NCBI RefSeq assembly: GCF_000026545.1
Contig: NC_011601.1
Direction: 5' to 3' (one strand)
Length of the DNA stretch: 64,000 nucleotides
DNA from: Escherichia coli O127:H6 str. E2348/69
Lineage (GTDB): Bacteria > Pseudomonadota > Gammaproteobacteria > Enterobacterales > Enterobacteriaceae
How positions within the stretch are numbered: position 1 is the first letter of the stretch; each line of letters opens with the position of its first letter. Below are positions 11,335-22,701 of this stretch, in pieces. The notes below the pieces were generated by a model. The model worked only from the letters and a program-made list of their open reading frames with translations, was not told where the DNA came from and ran no database searches. The position numbers were made by a program, and so were the translations under genes.

Positions 11335-11778
11335 CAAGGCCGTGGATTTGCCGTTGTCGCCAGCGAAGTACGGACACTCGCAAGCCGCAGCGCCCAGACG
11401 GCGAAAGAGATTGAAGGCTTGATCAGTGAATCAGTCAGGTTAATTGACCTGGGATCGGATGAGGTGGCAACGGCAGGGAAAACCATGTGCACTATTGTTG
11501 ATGCCGTCGCGAGTGTCACACATATCATGCAGGAAATCGCCACCGCCTCGGATGAACAAAGTCGAGGCATAACGCAGGTTAGCCAGGCGATTTCTGAAAT
11601 GGATAAGGTGACGCAACAGAATGCTTCTCTGGTAGAAGAGGCCTCAACGGCAGCGGTGTCCCTTGAAGAACAGGCGGCACGATTAACTGAGGCGGTGGAC
11701 GTATTCCGTCTGAACAAACATTCTGTGTCGGCAGAACCTCGCGGAGCTTGTGAACCAGTTAGTTTTGCTACGGTGTGA
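11335..11778 (+). pseudogene. trg: methyl-accepting chemotaxis protein Trg, 3' fragment only
   Basis: frame encodes MCP signalling domain from [12 protein letters not shown]... to C-terminus; no 5' part of the gene, IS cluster lies upstream. Confidence 0.75.
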
Positions 11779-11815
11779 AAATGTTAAAGGAGGGATCGAC
11801 AGATCCCTTCACCTT

Positions 11816-12739
11816 TCAGAACGGCATTGATTTTCGAATAGCGTTAATCATCAACTGGCAACCAGAAGAGAACGTCGCATCTACGCGGGTCAGTATTCCA
11901 ATCGGTTCGCCTGCACCATGTCCCGGAACAGGCAGGGCTACCAGCGTGGCATGACGCAGGTCGTCTTTTACAGCGCCAGAAGGGACAAACCACACGTAAT
12001 CGTATTCAACCGTAAGTTGACGAGATAGCGAAGCAGACAGCGTTTCGATACAACCCGAAGGAATTTTACATCCCTGGCTCTGCACTAATGCATCTGAATG
12101 CTGGCGTGGCGCAGTGCCTTCTGGTGATACAACGACCGGCCATTCCAGCACCCGGTTTAGCGTTACGTTCTCCTGAAGTAGCGGGTGATTGGGGCGGACA
12201 ACCAGCTTCAGCGATTCAAGAAACAGCAGTTCGTAATTAAGCCCGTTCATCAGTTCAGGATCTGACATCCGACCAATGCCGATATCGATTTCCCCGGTTT
12301 TTAAACCCGCCAGAATCATAGGGTTACTCATTGTCGCAACTTGCAAGGTCGTCTCTTTTTGTTGCTGATGAAACTGACCTATAACCGAAGGTAATATCCC
12401 TAGTGCCGCAGTAGGTAGCGCACCAACCCTGACGACATCATTATTAAGACCTTCTTTACGATGAAGCGACTGTCCGGCAGTGTTGATGGCGTCAAGAACT
12501 CTGACTGCATGCGTTAAAAATTGTTCGCCGGGTAAGGTAAGTTGCGCCCCCTGACGACCACGCTCAAACAAGCGAGCGCCCGTCAGCTGCTCCAGTTCAT
12601 TCAATGTCTTAGAGAGCGCAGGTTGACTCAAATTAAGGGTTTCAGCCGCGCGCCCCAAAGTTCCTTGTTGTGCGACAGCTACGAATGTATGAAGGTGGCG
12701 CAAACGGATGCGCTGACTAAACAGACTATTTTTTTCCAT
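11816..12739 (-). CDS. ydcI: LysR-family transcriptional regulator YdcI
   Basis: 307-aa product from internal ATG of ORF 11816..12880; N-terminal HTH. Confidence 0.85.
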   Translation of the reverse strand: MEKNSLFSQRIRLRHLHTFVAVAQQGTLGRAAETLNLSQPALSKTLNELEQLTGARLFERGRQGAQLTLPGEQFLTHAVRVLDAINTAGQSLHRKEGLNNDVVRVGALPTAALGILPSVIGQFHQQQKETTLQVATMSNPMILAGLKTGEIDIGIGRMSDPELMNGLNYELLFLESLKLVVRPNHPLLQENVTLNRVLEWPVVVSPEGTAPRQHSDALVQSQGCKIPSGCIETLSASLSRQLTVEYDYVWFVPSGAVKDDLRHATLVALPVPGHGAGEPIGILTRVDATFSSGCQLMINAIRKSMPF

Positions 12740-12955
12740 AAGCGATGTTAAAAACGAAGCGGTGTCGCTGACAAGTGAAGTTGTTTTATTATGATAACTT
12801 GATTGCAAAATATTATTAACAATTAAAGCAACTATGTTACAGCAAAATGGATAATATTGATGTTTTCGCGGCGAGATCACAGTTTGTAAATTCTTCCAGC
12901 CGGAGTGAATGCGGTTACCTACACTCCAGATTACTGACCACTGGAGGCAGACACT

Positions 12956-14299
12956 ATGGCGAACAGCATCACGGCGGATGAGATTCGGGAACAGTTTTCG
13001 CAGGCAATGTCAGCCATGTACCAGCAAGAAGTTCCGCAGTACGGCACGCTGCTGGAACTGGTAGCTGATGTAAATCTGGCGGTGCTGGAAAACAATCCTC
13101 AACTGCACGAAAAAATGGTAAATGCAGACGAGCTGGCGCGACTGAATGTTGAACGTCATGGGGCTATTCGCGTTGGGACTGCACAAGAGCTTGCTACTCT
13201 TCGGCGGATGTTTGCCATTATGGGGATGTACCCGGTGAGCTATTACGATCTCTCGCAGGCGGGAGTGCCGGTACATTCCACAGCATTTCGGCCCATTGAT
13301 GATGCTTCTCTGGCGCGTAATCCCTTCCGCGTTTTTACCTCATTACTCCGCCTTGAGCTTATCGAGAACGAGTTATTACGCCAGAAAGCGGCGGAGATTC
13401 TGCGTCAGCGCGATATCTTCACCCCACGTTGTCGACAACTGTTAGAGGAATATGAGCAGCAGGGCGGTTTTAACGAAACACAGGCACAGGAGTTTGTGCA
13501 GGAAGCCCTGGAAACGTTTCGCTGGCACCAGTCAGCAACGGTAGATGAAGAAACCTATCGCGCCTTGCACAACGAACATCGGTTGATTGCTGATGTGGTC
13601 TGTTTTCCTGGATGCCATATCAACCATCTGACGCCACGTACGCTGGATATTGACCGGGTGCAGTCGATGATGCCTGAATGCGGAATTGAACCCAAAGTGC
13701 TGATCGAAGGGCCGCCGCGCCGCGAGGTGCCGATTTTACTACGCCAGACCAGCTTTAAAGCACTGGAAGAGACGGTGTTGTTTGCGGGGCAGAAACAGGG
13801 CACGCATACCGCGCGCTTTGGTGAAATTGAGCAGCGTGGTGTGGCATTAACGCCGAAAGGGCGACAACTGTATGATGATCTTCTGCGGAGCGCTGGAACC
13901 GGACAGGATAATCTCACTCACCAAATGCATTTACAGGAAACCTTCCGCACTTTTCCTGACAGTGAGTTTTTAATGCGTCAGCAAGGGCTGGGATGGTTCC
14001 GGTACCGTCTGACGCCTTCGGGTGAGGCGCATCGTCAGGCGATTCATTCCGGAGACGATCCACAGCCCTTAATAGAACGTGGTTGGGTAGTGGCGCAACC
14101 CATTACCTATGAAGATTTCTTGCCCGTTAGCGCGGCGGGGATCTTCCAGTCAAATCTGGGTAATGAAACGCGGGCATGCAATCACGGTGATGCCAGTCGC
14201 GAAGCATTTGAGCAGGCGTTGGGGTGTCCGGTTTTGGATGAGTTCCAGCTTTATCAGGAAGCGGAAGAACGCAGTAAACGTCGCTGTGGTTTGCTTTAA
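12956..14299 (+). CDS. ydcJ: DUF1338-family protein YdcJ
   Basis: 447-aa ORF. Confidence 0.85.
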   Translation: MANSITADEIREQFSQAMSAMYQQEVPQYGTLLELVADVNLAVLENNPQLHEKMVNADELARLNVERHGAIRVGTAQELATLRRMFAIMGMYPVSYYDLSQAGVPVHSTAFRPIDDASLARNPFRVFTSLLRLELIENELLRQKAAEILRQRDIFTPRCRQLLEEYEQQGGFNETQAQEFVQEALETFRWHQSATVDEETYRALHNEHRLIADVVCFPGCHINHLTPRTLDIDRVQSMMPECGIEPKVLIEGPPRREVPILLRQTSFKALEETVLFAGQKQGTHTARFGEIEQRGVALTPKGRQLYDDLLRSAGTGQDNLTHQMHLQETFRTFPDSEFLMRQQGLGWFRYRLTPSGEAHRQAIHSGDDPQPLIERGWVVAQPITYEDFLPVSAAGIFQSNLGNETRACNHGDASREAFEQALGCPVLDEFQLYQEAEERSKRRCGLL

Positions 14300-14523
14300 A
14301 TTCTGACCATCCGCCTTTGCAAAAATTTGCCTGATTTTACAAACGAATCAGGCTCATCCCATCGACATAAAAAAAATGCCAATTTATGCATATTCTCTGA
14401 TTTCAACAATTGGATTATTAATAAATATTGTCTAGAGTGAGCGGTCATAAATAAGCACTTTCTTGCCGCTGAAAATGACCAGCGCGGGACCATTCACAAC
14501 ACCAGAAGGACTCACTTTCAGGT

Positions 14524-16179
14524 ATGGATCGTAGACGATTTATTAAAGGTTCAATGGCTATGGCCGCCGTGTGCGGTACCAGCGGCATTGCTTCTCTTTT
14601 TTCTCAGGCGGCATTCGCGGCCGATTCTGATATTGCCGACGGGCAAACCCAGCGTTTTGACCTCTCCATTCTACAGTCAATGGCGCACGACTTAGCGCAA
14701 ACAGCATGGCGTGGTGCACCACGTCCGTTACCTGATACTCTGGCGACAATGACGCCGCAGGCTTATAACAGTATTCAATACGACGCCGAAAAATCGCTCT
14801 GGCATAACGTTGAAAACCGTCAACTGGACGCTCAGTTTTTCCATATGGGAATGGGATTCCGTCGCCGCGTTCGTATGTTTTCTGTAGATCCAGCAACACA
14901 TCTGGCGCGTGAAATTCACTTTCGCCCGGAGTTGTTCAAATACAACGATGCGGGTGTGGATACCAAACAATTAGAAGGGCAAAGCGATCTCGGTTTTGCC
15001 GGTTTTCGCGTGTTTAAAGCCCCCGAACTGGCGCGCCGTGATGTAGTATCATTCCTCGGCGCGAGTTATTTCCGCGCCGTTGATGACACATATCAATACG
15101 GTTTGTCGGCCCGCGGCCTGGCGATCGACACTTACACCGACAGCAAAGAAGAGTTCCCCGACTTTACCGCCTTCTGGTTTGATACGGTAAAACCAGGGGC
15201 AACCACCTTTACCGTTTATGCGTTGCTCGATAGCGCCAGCATTACTGGTGCCTATAAGTTCACTATCCATTGTGAGAAAAATCAGGTGATTATGGATGTG
15301 GAAAATCACCTGTATGCGCGCAAAGACATTAAACAGCTGGGCATTGCACCGATGACCAGTATGTTCAGCTGCGGTACTAATGAACGTCGGATGTGCGACA
15401 CCATTCATCCGCAAATCCATGACTCTGATCGTCTGTCCATGTGGCGGGGCAACGGCGAGTGGATTTGCCGTCCGCTGAACAATCCGCAAAAATTGCAGTT
15501 CAATGCTTACACCGACAACAACCCGAAAGGGTTTGGTTTATTGCAACTGGATCGTGATTTCTCCCATTATCAGGACATTATGGGCTGGTATAACAAACGC
15601 CCAAGTCTGTGGGTGGAACCGCGTAACAAGTGGGGTAAGGGCACCATCGGCCTGATGGAAATCCCAACAACGGGCGAAACGCTGGATAACATTGTCTGCT
15701 TCTGGCAGCCAGAAAAAGCGGTAAAAGCGGGTGATGAGTTTGCATTCCAGTATCGTCTGTACTGGAGTGCGCAACCGCCTGTTCATTGCCCATTAGCGCG
15801 CGTTATGGCGACGCGTACCGGCATGGGCGGTTTCCCGGAAGGTTGGGCGCCAGGTGAACACTATCCCGAAAAATGGGCGCGACGTTTTGCCGTCGATTTC
15901 GTTGGTGGTGATCTGAAAGCTGCCGCGCCAAAAGGCATTGAGCCGGTGATTACGCTTTCCAGTGGGGAAGCGAAACAAATCGAAATTCTCTATATTGAAC
16001 CCATTGATGGTTATCGTATTCAGTTTGACTGGTATCCGACTTCGGACTCCACTGATCCGGTCGATATGCGGATGTATCTGCGTTGTCAGGGCGACGCTAT
16101 CAGTGAAACATGGCTGTATCAGTATTTCCCGCCAGCGCCGGATAAACGTCAGTATGTTGATGACCGCGTGATGAGTTAA
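14524..16179 (+). CDS. opgD: osmoregulated periplasmic glucan biosynthesis protein OpgD (Tat-secreted)
   Basis: 551-aa ORF with twin-arginine signal [10 protein letters not shown]...AFA. Confidence 0.9.
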   Translation: MDRRRFIKGSMAMAAVCGTSGIASLFSQAAFAADSDIADGQTQRFDLSILQSMAHDLAQTAWRGAPRPLPDTLATMTPQAYNSIQYDAEKSLWHNVENRQLDAQFFHMGMGFRRRVRMFSVDPATHLAREIHFRPELFKYNDAGVDTKQLEGQSDLGFAGFRVFKAPELARRDVVSFLGASYFRAVDDTYQYGLSARGLAIDTYTDSKEEFPDFTAFWFDTVKPGATTFTVYALLDSASITGAYKFTIHCEKNQVIMDVENHLYARKDIKQLGIAPMTSMFSCGTNERRMCDTIHPQIHDSDRLSMWRGNGEWICRPLNNPQKLQFNAYTDNNPKGFGLLQLDRDFSHYQDIMGWYNKRPSLWVEPRNKWGKGTIGLMEIPTTGETLDNIVCFWQPEKAVKAGDEFAFQYRLYWSAQPPVHCPLARVMATRTGMGGFPEGWAPGEHYPEKWARRFAVDFVGGDLKAAAPKGIEPVITLSSGEAKQIEILYIEPIDGYRIQFDWYPTSDSTDPVDMRMYLRCQGDAISETWLYQYFPPAPDKRQYVDDRVMS

Positions 16180-16318
16180 TCGTTTTTTCTTCGGCATCTT
16201 CTTCGGGAGGTGCCGTCTGGTTAAACACGATCCCGCTCGCATTTTTCCCTAAGTTAAATGAGTAATCTGATGGTGTGTATTTCAGATACACCTTGTCAGC
16301 CACTAACAGGGAGTGCGT

Positions 16319-16543
16319 ATGTTTCCAGAATACCGAGATTTAATATCCCGTCTGAAAAACGAAAATCCTCGCTTTATGTCCTTGTTCGATAAACACAATA
16401 AACTTGATCATGAAATTGCCAGAAAGGAAGGTTCCGACGGTCGAGGGTACAATGCGGAAGTGGTCCGCATGAAAAAACAAAAGCTACAGTTAAAAGATGA
16501 GATGCTCAAAATCCTGCAGCAGGTGAGCGTCAAAGAGGTGTAA
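16319..16543 (+). CDS. ydcH: DUF465-family small protein YdcH
   Basis: 74-aa product from ATG 16319; hairpin terminator follows. Confidence 0.75.
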   Translation: MFPEYRDLISRLKNENPRFMSLFDKHNKLDHEIARKEGSDGRGYNAEVVRMKKQKLQLKDEMLKILQQVSVKEV

Positions 16544-16549
16544 ACTTTC

Positions 16550-16580
16550 CTAAGCCGCCAGCCAGGCGGCTTTTTTAACA
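16550..16580 (+). terminator. Rho-independent terminator after ydcH
   Basis: agccgcc agccag gcggct followed by T-run. Confidence 0.6.
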
Positions 16581-16605
16581 GCTGCATGGATTGACTGGAG
16601 ATAAG

Positions 16606-17145
16606 ATGACTGAAACGATAAAAGTAAGCGAATCACTTGAATTACATGCTGTTGCGGAAAGTCATGTCACACCTCTTTATCAGTTAATCTGTAAAAATAA
16701 AACCTGGTTACAGCAGTCGCTAAACTGGCCGCAGTTTGTTCAAAGTGAAGAGGACACGCGAAAAACGGTGCAGGGTAATGTGATGTTGCATCAACGCGGC
16801 TATGCCAAAATGTTCATGATTTTCAAAGAAGATGAACTTATCGGCGTTATCTCTTTTAATCGTATTGAACCACTGAATAAAACCGCTGAAATCGGCTACT
16901 GGCTCGACGAATCTCATCAGGGGCAGGGGATCATTTCTCAGGCGCTGCAGGCATTGATTCATCATTACGCTCAGTCTGGTGAACTTAGACGCTTCGTGAT
17001 CAAATGTCGGGTGGACAATCCGCAAAGCAACCAGGTAGCGTTGCGCAATGGTTTTATCCTTGAAGGTTGCCTTAAACAGGCTGAGTTCCTGAATGATGCC
17101 TATGATGATGTGAACTTATACGCGCGTATTATCGATTCACAATAA
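16606..17145 (+). CDS. rimL: ribosomal-protein L7/L12 N-acetyltransferase RimL
   Basis: 179-aa GNAT-fold product from ATG 16606. Confidence 0.85.
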   Translation: MTETIKVSESLELHAVAESHVTPLYQLICKNKTWLQQSLNWPQFVQSEEDTRKTVQGNVMLHQRGYAKMFMIFKEDELIGVISFNRIEPLNKTAEIGYWLDESHQGQGIISQALQALIHHYAQSGELRRFVIKCRVDNPQSNQVALRNGFILEGCLKQAEFLNDAYDDVNLYARIIDSQ

Positions 17146-18117
17146 CCCTGCCAGCAGCGTTCGCGTAATGCGCTCCTCGCCGTTAATGACTTTTGGACCA
17201 CGGATATGAATCGTGTCGCCATCAAAGGCTTCAACGACGGCGTGGTCAGTTAACTCCACATGGTTTTCAATTATCACCGCACCTGTAATACGGCTTTCAC
17301 CTTGTATGACAACGTGCTCGTCGAGCAGAATCGGTCCGCCACGTACCACGGCATTTCCGCCAATCAAGACATGATGTTTTAACACACAATTACCTTCCAC
17401 AATGGCATATTCCGCCACCTGTGAACTGTAATGAATCGTCGGAATGGCATCTTCTTCTATGCCAGATTTCACCTGCGCGTGACCGTAAACTTTAGCGCAA
17501 TCGCATAGCCAGACGTTGTTCTCTTCATTACCTTCAATACTGGCAAAATCAAAAACTTCGGCGCGATGTTCAATAAAAGCATACCGGACGACGGCATCGT
17601 CATAAATTTGTGCCTGGTGGACAATACGCGAGGCGCTAACCCTCGCGCGATCATAAATTTGTAGCAGGAGTTGATGGTCGGGCGTTAAGCCTTGTGCGGC
17701 GACGATCATAGAATGTTGATCAATTAAGGCGTGACCAAATATTCTACATTGACCGCAAACTAATGAGTCACGAATGGTGACGCTGTCACTTATATATGCA
17801 CCCTGGCTGATTTCACTATTATCGATCCAGACATTATCCGTTGCGTAAACCTCTCCCCACAGCACGCTGGTGCCGGTGATACGCGTATTCCCGGAAATCA
17901 CCGTTCCGCCGAACGCAATAGCATTCTGGTCGTAAATCCAGCAATTTCCTTCCTGTGCTAACACCGTTTCGTGATCGATCCAGCCGCCAGCGCTTCCTGC
18001 TATCACATCGTTAAAATCGCTCATGGCGATAATTTGCCGTAATAACACACTTTTTTTAGTGCCATCTTCCTGATAACTAAAGGCTCGCTGTTCTTCACTT
18101 AGACGATATTTACGCAT
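17137..18117 (-). CDS. ydcK: left-handed beta-helix (hexapeptide-repeat) protein YdcK
   Basis: 326-aa ORF with repetitive hexapeptide-like pattern. Confidence 0.85.
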   Translation of the reverse strand: MRKYRLSEEQRAFSYQEDGTKKSVLLRQIIAMSDFNDVIAGSAGGWIDHETVLAQEGNCWIYDQNAIAFGGTVISGNTRITGTSVLWGEVYATDNVWIDNSEISQGAYISDSVTIRDSLVCGQCRIFGHALIDQHSMIVAAQGLTPDHQLLLQIYDRARVSASRIVHQAQIYDDAVVRYAFIEHRAEVFDFASIEGNEENNVWLCDCAKVYGHAQVKSGIEEDAIPTIHYSSQVAEYAIVEGNCVLKHHVLIGGNAVVRGGPILLDEHVVIQGESRITGAVIIENHVELTDHAVVEAFDGDTIHIRGPKVINGEERITRTLLAGLL

Positions 18118-18240
18118 AGCGTTTTCCCACAGGTGACTTACTATAACCGTAGCAAATTCTGCGGCTCTGGCTATGCTCGAGAAAATTCCATAAAATGCAT
18201 TTCAAATATACTTTATAAATTAAACAAAATGAGTAAGAAG

Positions 18241-19233
18241 ATGCAGAGCGATAAAGTGCTCAATTTGCCGGCAGGCTACTTTGGTATTGTGTTGGGGACG
18301 ATAGGGATGGGATTTGCCTGGCGCTATGCCAGCCAGGTTTGGCAGGTCAGCCACTGGTTGGGGGATGGGCTGGTGATTCTGGCGATGATCATCTGGGGAT
18401 TATTGACTGGCGCATTTATTACCCGACTCATACGCTTTCCGCATAGCGTGCTGGCAGAAGTGCGCCATCCAGTGCTGAGCAGTTTTGTGAGTTTGTTTCC
18501 GGCAACGACGATGCTGGTGGCGATTGGTTTTGTTCCGTGGTTTCGCCCACTGGCGGTGTGCCTGTTCAGTTTTGGTGTCGTGGTTCAGTTGGCTTATGCC
18601 GCCTGGCAAACTGCGGGATTATGGCGCGGATCTCACCCTGAAGAAGCTACCACGCCTGGACTGTATCTGCCGACAGTTGCCAGCAACTTTATCAGCGCAA
18701 TGGCCTGTGGTGCGTTGGGCTACACCGACGCCGGTCTGGTGTTTTTAGGCGCAGGCGTTTTCTCATGGCTAAGCCTGGAACCGGTGATCTTGCAGCGTCT
18801 GCGCAGTTCGGGAGAATTACCCACGGCACTGCGGACATCACTCGGCATTCAGCTCGCTCCTGCGCTGGTGGCCTGTAGTGCCTGGCTGAGCGTCAACGGC
18901 GGCGAGGGTGACACGCTGGCGAAAATGCTTTTCGGTTATGGACTGCTGCAACTGCTGTTTATGCTACGTCTGATGCCATGGTATCTCTCCCAGCCATTTA
19001 ATGCTTCATTCTGGAGTTTCTCGTTCGGTGTATCTGCACTGGCAACCACCGGTTTGCATCTGGGGAGTGGCAGCGATAATGGATTTTTCCATACGCTGGC
19101 GGTGCCGCTGTTTATCTTTACCAATTTTATTATTGCAATACTGCTCATCCGTACTTTTGCGCTTCTGATGCAGGGAAAATTGTTAGTCAGAACCGAGCGC
19201 GCCGTTTTAATGAAAGCAGAGGACAAAGAATGA
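18241..19233 (+). CDS. tehA: tellurite resistance / dicarboxylate transporter TehA
   Basis: 330-aa membrane protein from ATG 18241. Confidence 0.9.
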   Translation: MQSDKVLNLPAGYFGIVLGTIGMGFAWRYASQVWQVSHWLGDGLVILAMIIWGLLTGAFITRLIRFPHSVLAEVRHPVLSSFVSLFPATTMLVAIGFVPWFRPLAVCLFSFGVVVQLAYAAWQTAGLWRGSHPEEATTPGLYLPTVASNFISAMACGALGYTDAGLVFLGAGVFSWLSLEPVILQRLRSSGELPTALRTSLGIQLAPALVACSAWLSVNGGEGDTLAKMLFGYGLLQLLFMLRLMPWYLSQPFNASFWSFSFGVSALATTGLHLGSGSDNGFFHTLAVPLFIFTNFIIAILLIRTFALLMQGKLLVRTERAVLMKAEDKE

Positions 19234-19823
19234 TCATTCGTGATGAAAACTATTTTACTGATAAATATGAATTAACCCGCACACACTCTGAAGTGCTGGA
19301 AGCGGTGAAAGTGGTTAAACCGGGTAAAACGCTGGATCTGGGCTGTGGCAATGGTCGTAACAGTCTTTACCTGGCAGTCAATGGTTATGATGTTGACGCA
19401 TGGGATAAAAATGCCATGAGTATCGCCAACGTCGAGCGCATTAAGTCCATTGAAAATCTGGATAATTTACACACCCGGGTCGTTGATCTGAATAACCTCA
19501 CATTTGATGGACAGTACGATTTTATTCTTTCTACTGTGGTGCTGATGTTCCTTGAGGCTAAAACCATCCCAGGGCTGATTGCCAATATGCAACGTTGCAC
19601 TAAACCTGGCGGTTACAACCTGATTGTGGCGGCGATGGATACCGCTGATTATCCATGTACCGTCGGCTTCCCGTTTGCCTTCAAAGAGGGGGAATTACGT
19701 CGATATTACGAAGGCTGGGAGATGGTGAAATACAATGAAGACGTCGGCGAGCTGCACCGCACCGACGCCAACGGTAATCGTATTAAACTGCGTTTCGCCA
19801 CGATGCTGGCACGTAAAAAATGA
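19230..19823 (+). CDS. tehB: tellurite methyltransferase TehB
   Basis: 197-aa SAM-dependent methyltransferase ([10 protein letters not shown] motif); overlaps tehA stop. Confidence 0.9.
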   Translation: MIIRDENYFTDKYELTRTHSEVLEAVKVVKPGKTLDLGCGNGRNSLYLAVNGYDVDAWDKNAMSIANVERIKSIENLDNLHTRVVDLNNLTFDGQYDFILSTVVLMFLEAKTIPGLIANMQRCTKPGGYNLIVAAMDTADYPCTVGFPFAFKEGELRRYYEGWEMVKYNEDVGELHRTDANGNRIKLRFATMLARKK

Positions 19824-20125
19824 TCCGGTAAGAACAAAGCGCGTGAAAATTCCCCACGCTGAGATGGTTTACTGTTCTTCTTTTCGGTAAGCATATTTTT
19901 TATCGAAGGGATGTGAAATTAATCACAGTAGTCGAAGTTTTTTAGCCGCTTAACTTACTGAAATTTAACTACTGGTGATTGACTTAGCCCCTTTTTCGGC
20001 ATTGACTATGTCGTCTGTAAAGGGGCTGAAAAATTTATTTTCACCAACACTTTTTTTGCCACAACACGAAGCGGCGCTTTTTGCTATAACTTAAAAAGTA
20101 ATATAATCATCTCAGGAAACTATTC

Positions 20126-20794
20126 ATGCGTACCACATCATTTGCGAAAGTTGCAGCTTTATGCGGCTTGTTGGCTCTGTCTGGTTGTGCCTCTAAAATC
20201 ACCCAGCCAGATAAATATTCTGGTTTTTTAAACAATTACTCTGATTTAAAAGAAACAACCTCAGCAACAGGTAAACCTGTTTTACGTTGGGTAGACCCGA
20301 GTTTTGATCAAAGCAAATATGACAGCATCGTCTGGAACCCAATCACTTATTATCCGGTACCGAAACCTTCTACCCAGGTAGGGCAGAAAGTTCTGGATAA
20401 AATTTTGAACTATACCAACACCGAAATGAAAGAAGCGATAGCGCAGCGTAAACCACTGGTTACCACCGCTGGGCCGCGTAGTCTGATTTTCCGTGGGGCC
20501 ATTACCGGTGTAGATACCAGCAAAGAAGGGCTGCAATTTTATGAAGTGGTTCCTGTTGCATTAGTGGTTGCGGGGACGCAAATGGCTACAGGCCACCGTA
20601 CCATGGATACTCGCCTCTATTTTGAAGGTGAGCTGATTGATGCAGCGACTAATAAACCGGTTATCAAAGTCGTTCGTCAGGGCGAAGGTAAAGACCTGAA
20701 TAACGAAAGTACGCCAATGGCTTTCGAAAATATTAAACAAGTTATTGATGACATGGCGACCGATGCCACCATGTTTGACGTTAACAAAAAGTAG
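20126..20794 (+). CDS. ydcL: lipoprotein YdcL
   Basis: 222-aa ORF with lipobox LSGC. Confidence 0.85.
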   Translation: MRTTSFAKVAALCGLLALSGCASKITQPDKYSGFLNNYSDLKETTSATGKPVLRWVDPSFDQSKYDSIVWNPITYYPVPKPSTQVGQKVLDKILNYTNTEMKEAIAQRKPLVTTAGPRSLIFRGAITGVDTSKEGLQFYEVVPVALVVAGTQMATGHRTMDTRLYFEGELIDAATNKPVIKVVRQGEGKDLNNESTPMAFENIKQVIDDMATDATMFDVNKK

Positions 20795-20801
20795 TTCCAG
20801 A

Positions 20802-20828
20802 CGCGCCATCGTTAGATGGCGCTTTTTA
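20802..20828. terminator. hairpin terminator between convergent ydcL and ydcO
   Basis: gcgccatc gtta gatggcgc followed by T-run. Confidence 0.6.
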
Positions 20829-22001
20829 TTATCGGTTTCTGTCAGCGATTAAATTCAACACCACGTAACAAACGCCTCCGGCAATTAATCCCCAAAACGC
20901 AGAACCAATCCCGACCAGCGTCAATCCACTTGCCGTTACCAGAAATGCCACCACCGCCGCGTCGCGCTCACGCTCATTATGCAGCGCCTGATACAAACTG
21001 CCGCCAATGGTACTCAACAGCGCCAGACCTGCCAGCATCTGGATCCAACTTACGGGCAGGGCAGTCATCATCCCGGTAATGGCACTACCAAACAGACCTG
21101 CGAGCAAATAGAAAATGCCTGCAACGGCAGCGGCCAGCCAACGTTGATCTTTATCCGGATGCGCTTCCGGGCTTTGGCAAATAGCCGCGGTGATTGCCGC
21201 AATACCGACGGAATAAACGCCGAAAGGGGAAAAAACCAGTGCCAGCAATCCAGTAAACACAATCAACGGCGAAACAGGAGCCGAATACCCGGCTGCTTTC
21301 ATTGCTGCGATACCCGGTGCGTTTTGCGATGACATCGTCACCAGAAAAAGGGGGAGTGCAACGCTCAGGCTGTGAGCAAACGAAAAATCAGGGCTAATAT
21401 AAGTGGGGAGAACGGGTTTAAAGACAACATCAGTTGTGACAACGTCACCTTGCGCGATAACGATCACGACCCCAATAATCATCGCGGCAATTACCGCATA
21501 GCGCGGCGCAACGGCCCTGGTTGCCAGCCATACCAGCAACATACTGCCACACAACGTAAATTGACCATCCAGGCTCGCAAACGCCTGTAAACCAAAGCGT
21601 AATAAAATCCCGGCAAGCATTGCCGCCGCAAGCGAGTGCGGAATAATGCGCATCAGACGAGCAAAGAGTCCCGTTATGCCGCAGAGGACTATTAACGCGT
21701 TGGTGACAATAAAAACGCCGATGGTTTCGTTAAGTGTTAGTCCCTGCAATCCGGTGACCAACAAAGCCGCGCCAGGCGTTGACCATGCGGTGAGAACAGG
21801 TACGCGATACCATAATGTCAGAGCCAGCGTACTGACGCCCATTGCCAGCCCCAGCGCCGTCATCCAGCCAGAGATTTGTGCAGTGGTGGCTCCGGCGACA
21901 ATCGCTGCTTGCCAGATTATTGCCGCTGAACTGGCGTAGCCAATTAATACCGCCAGAAACCCCGCCAGTAGCGTGGGTGGAGGAATAGAAAACAGACGCA
22001 T
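20829..22001 (-). CDS. ydcO: BenE-family benzoate transporter YdcO
   Basis: 390-aa polytopic membrane protein from internal ATG of ORF 20829..22262. Confidence 0.85.
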   Translation of the reverse strand: MRLFSIPPPTLLAGFLAVLIGYASSAAIIWQAAIVAGATTAQISGWMTALGLAMGVSTLALTLWYRVPVLTAWSTPGAALLVTGLQGLTLNETIGVFIVTNALIVLCGITGLFARLMRIIPHSLAAAMLAGILLRFGLQAFASLDGQFTLCGSMLLVWLATRAVAPRYAVIAAMIIGVVIVIAQGDVVTTDVVFKPVLPTYISPDFSFAHSLSVALPLFLVTMSSQNAPGIAAMKAAGYSAPVSPLIVFTGLLALVFSPFGVYSVGIAAITAAICQSPEAHPDKDQRWLAAAVAGIFYLLAGLFGSAITGMMTALPVSWIQMLAGLALLSTIGGSLYQALHNERERDAAVVAFLVTASGLTLVGIGSAFWGLIAGGVCYVVLNLIADRNR

Positions 22002-22092
22002 AGTCACCTCGTGCGTTATAACGTACAGGTACCGTAGCATTTGTCCGTTATAACGCACAAGTGATAAACTTCCGTTTTGCCGGAGGAGTCGC

Positions 22093-22629
22093 ATGGAAAA
22101 TCTCGCTCGCTTTTTATCCACCACACTTAAACAACTACGCCAGCAGCGCGGCTGGAGTCTTTCGCGACTGGCAGAAGCGACGGGCGTTTCTAAAGCGATG
22201 TTAGGGCAGATTGAGCGTAATGAATCCAGCCCGACGGTCGCGACATTATGGAAAATTGCCACCGGGTTGAACGTGCCATTTTCAACATTTATTTCTCCGC
22301 CGCAGTCCGCTACGCCTTCAGTTTATGATCCACAACGGCAGGCGATGGTGATCACTTCGCTGTTTCCTTATGATCCACAACTCTGCTTTGAACACTTCTC
22401 GATTCAGATGGCACCCGGTGCAATAAGCGAATCGACGCCCCATGAAAAGGGGGTAATCGAACATGTCTTCGTCATTGATGGACAACTTGATCTGTGTGTT
22501 GATGGTGAATGGCAGAGCCTTAATTGTGGGGAAGGCGTTCGATTTGCTGCAGACGTCACGCATGTCTATCGTAATGGTGGGGAGCAAACCGTACATTTTC
22601 ATTCCCTCATCCATTACCCGCGCAGTTAA
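22093..22629 (+). CDS. ydcN: XRE-family HTH regulator with cupin domain YdcN
   Basis: 178-aa ORF. Confidence 0.85.
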   Translation: MENLARFLSTTLKQLRQQRGWSLSRLAEATGVSKAMLGQIERNESSPTVATLWKIATGLNVPFSTFISPPQSATPSVYDPQRQAMVITSLFPYDPQLCFEHFSIQMAPGAISESTPHEKGVIEHVFVIDGQLDLCVDGEWQSLNCGEGVRFAADVTHVYRNGGEQTVHFHSLIHYPRS

Positions 22630-22701
22630 GCGGGAAAACTATTTCGCAACGTCGCGCTTGTGGCTAAAATAGCCGCCATTTTTCAGCTACTGGATAAGAA
22701 A

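Noticed and set aside
11319-11717. 132-aa minus-strand ORF overlapping the trg remnant
   Set aside because: Antisense to the clearly MCP-like frame; Ser/Thr/Ala-rich low-complexity translation.
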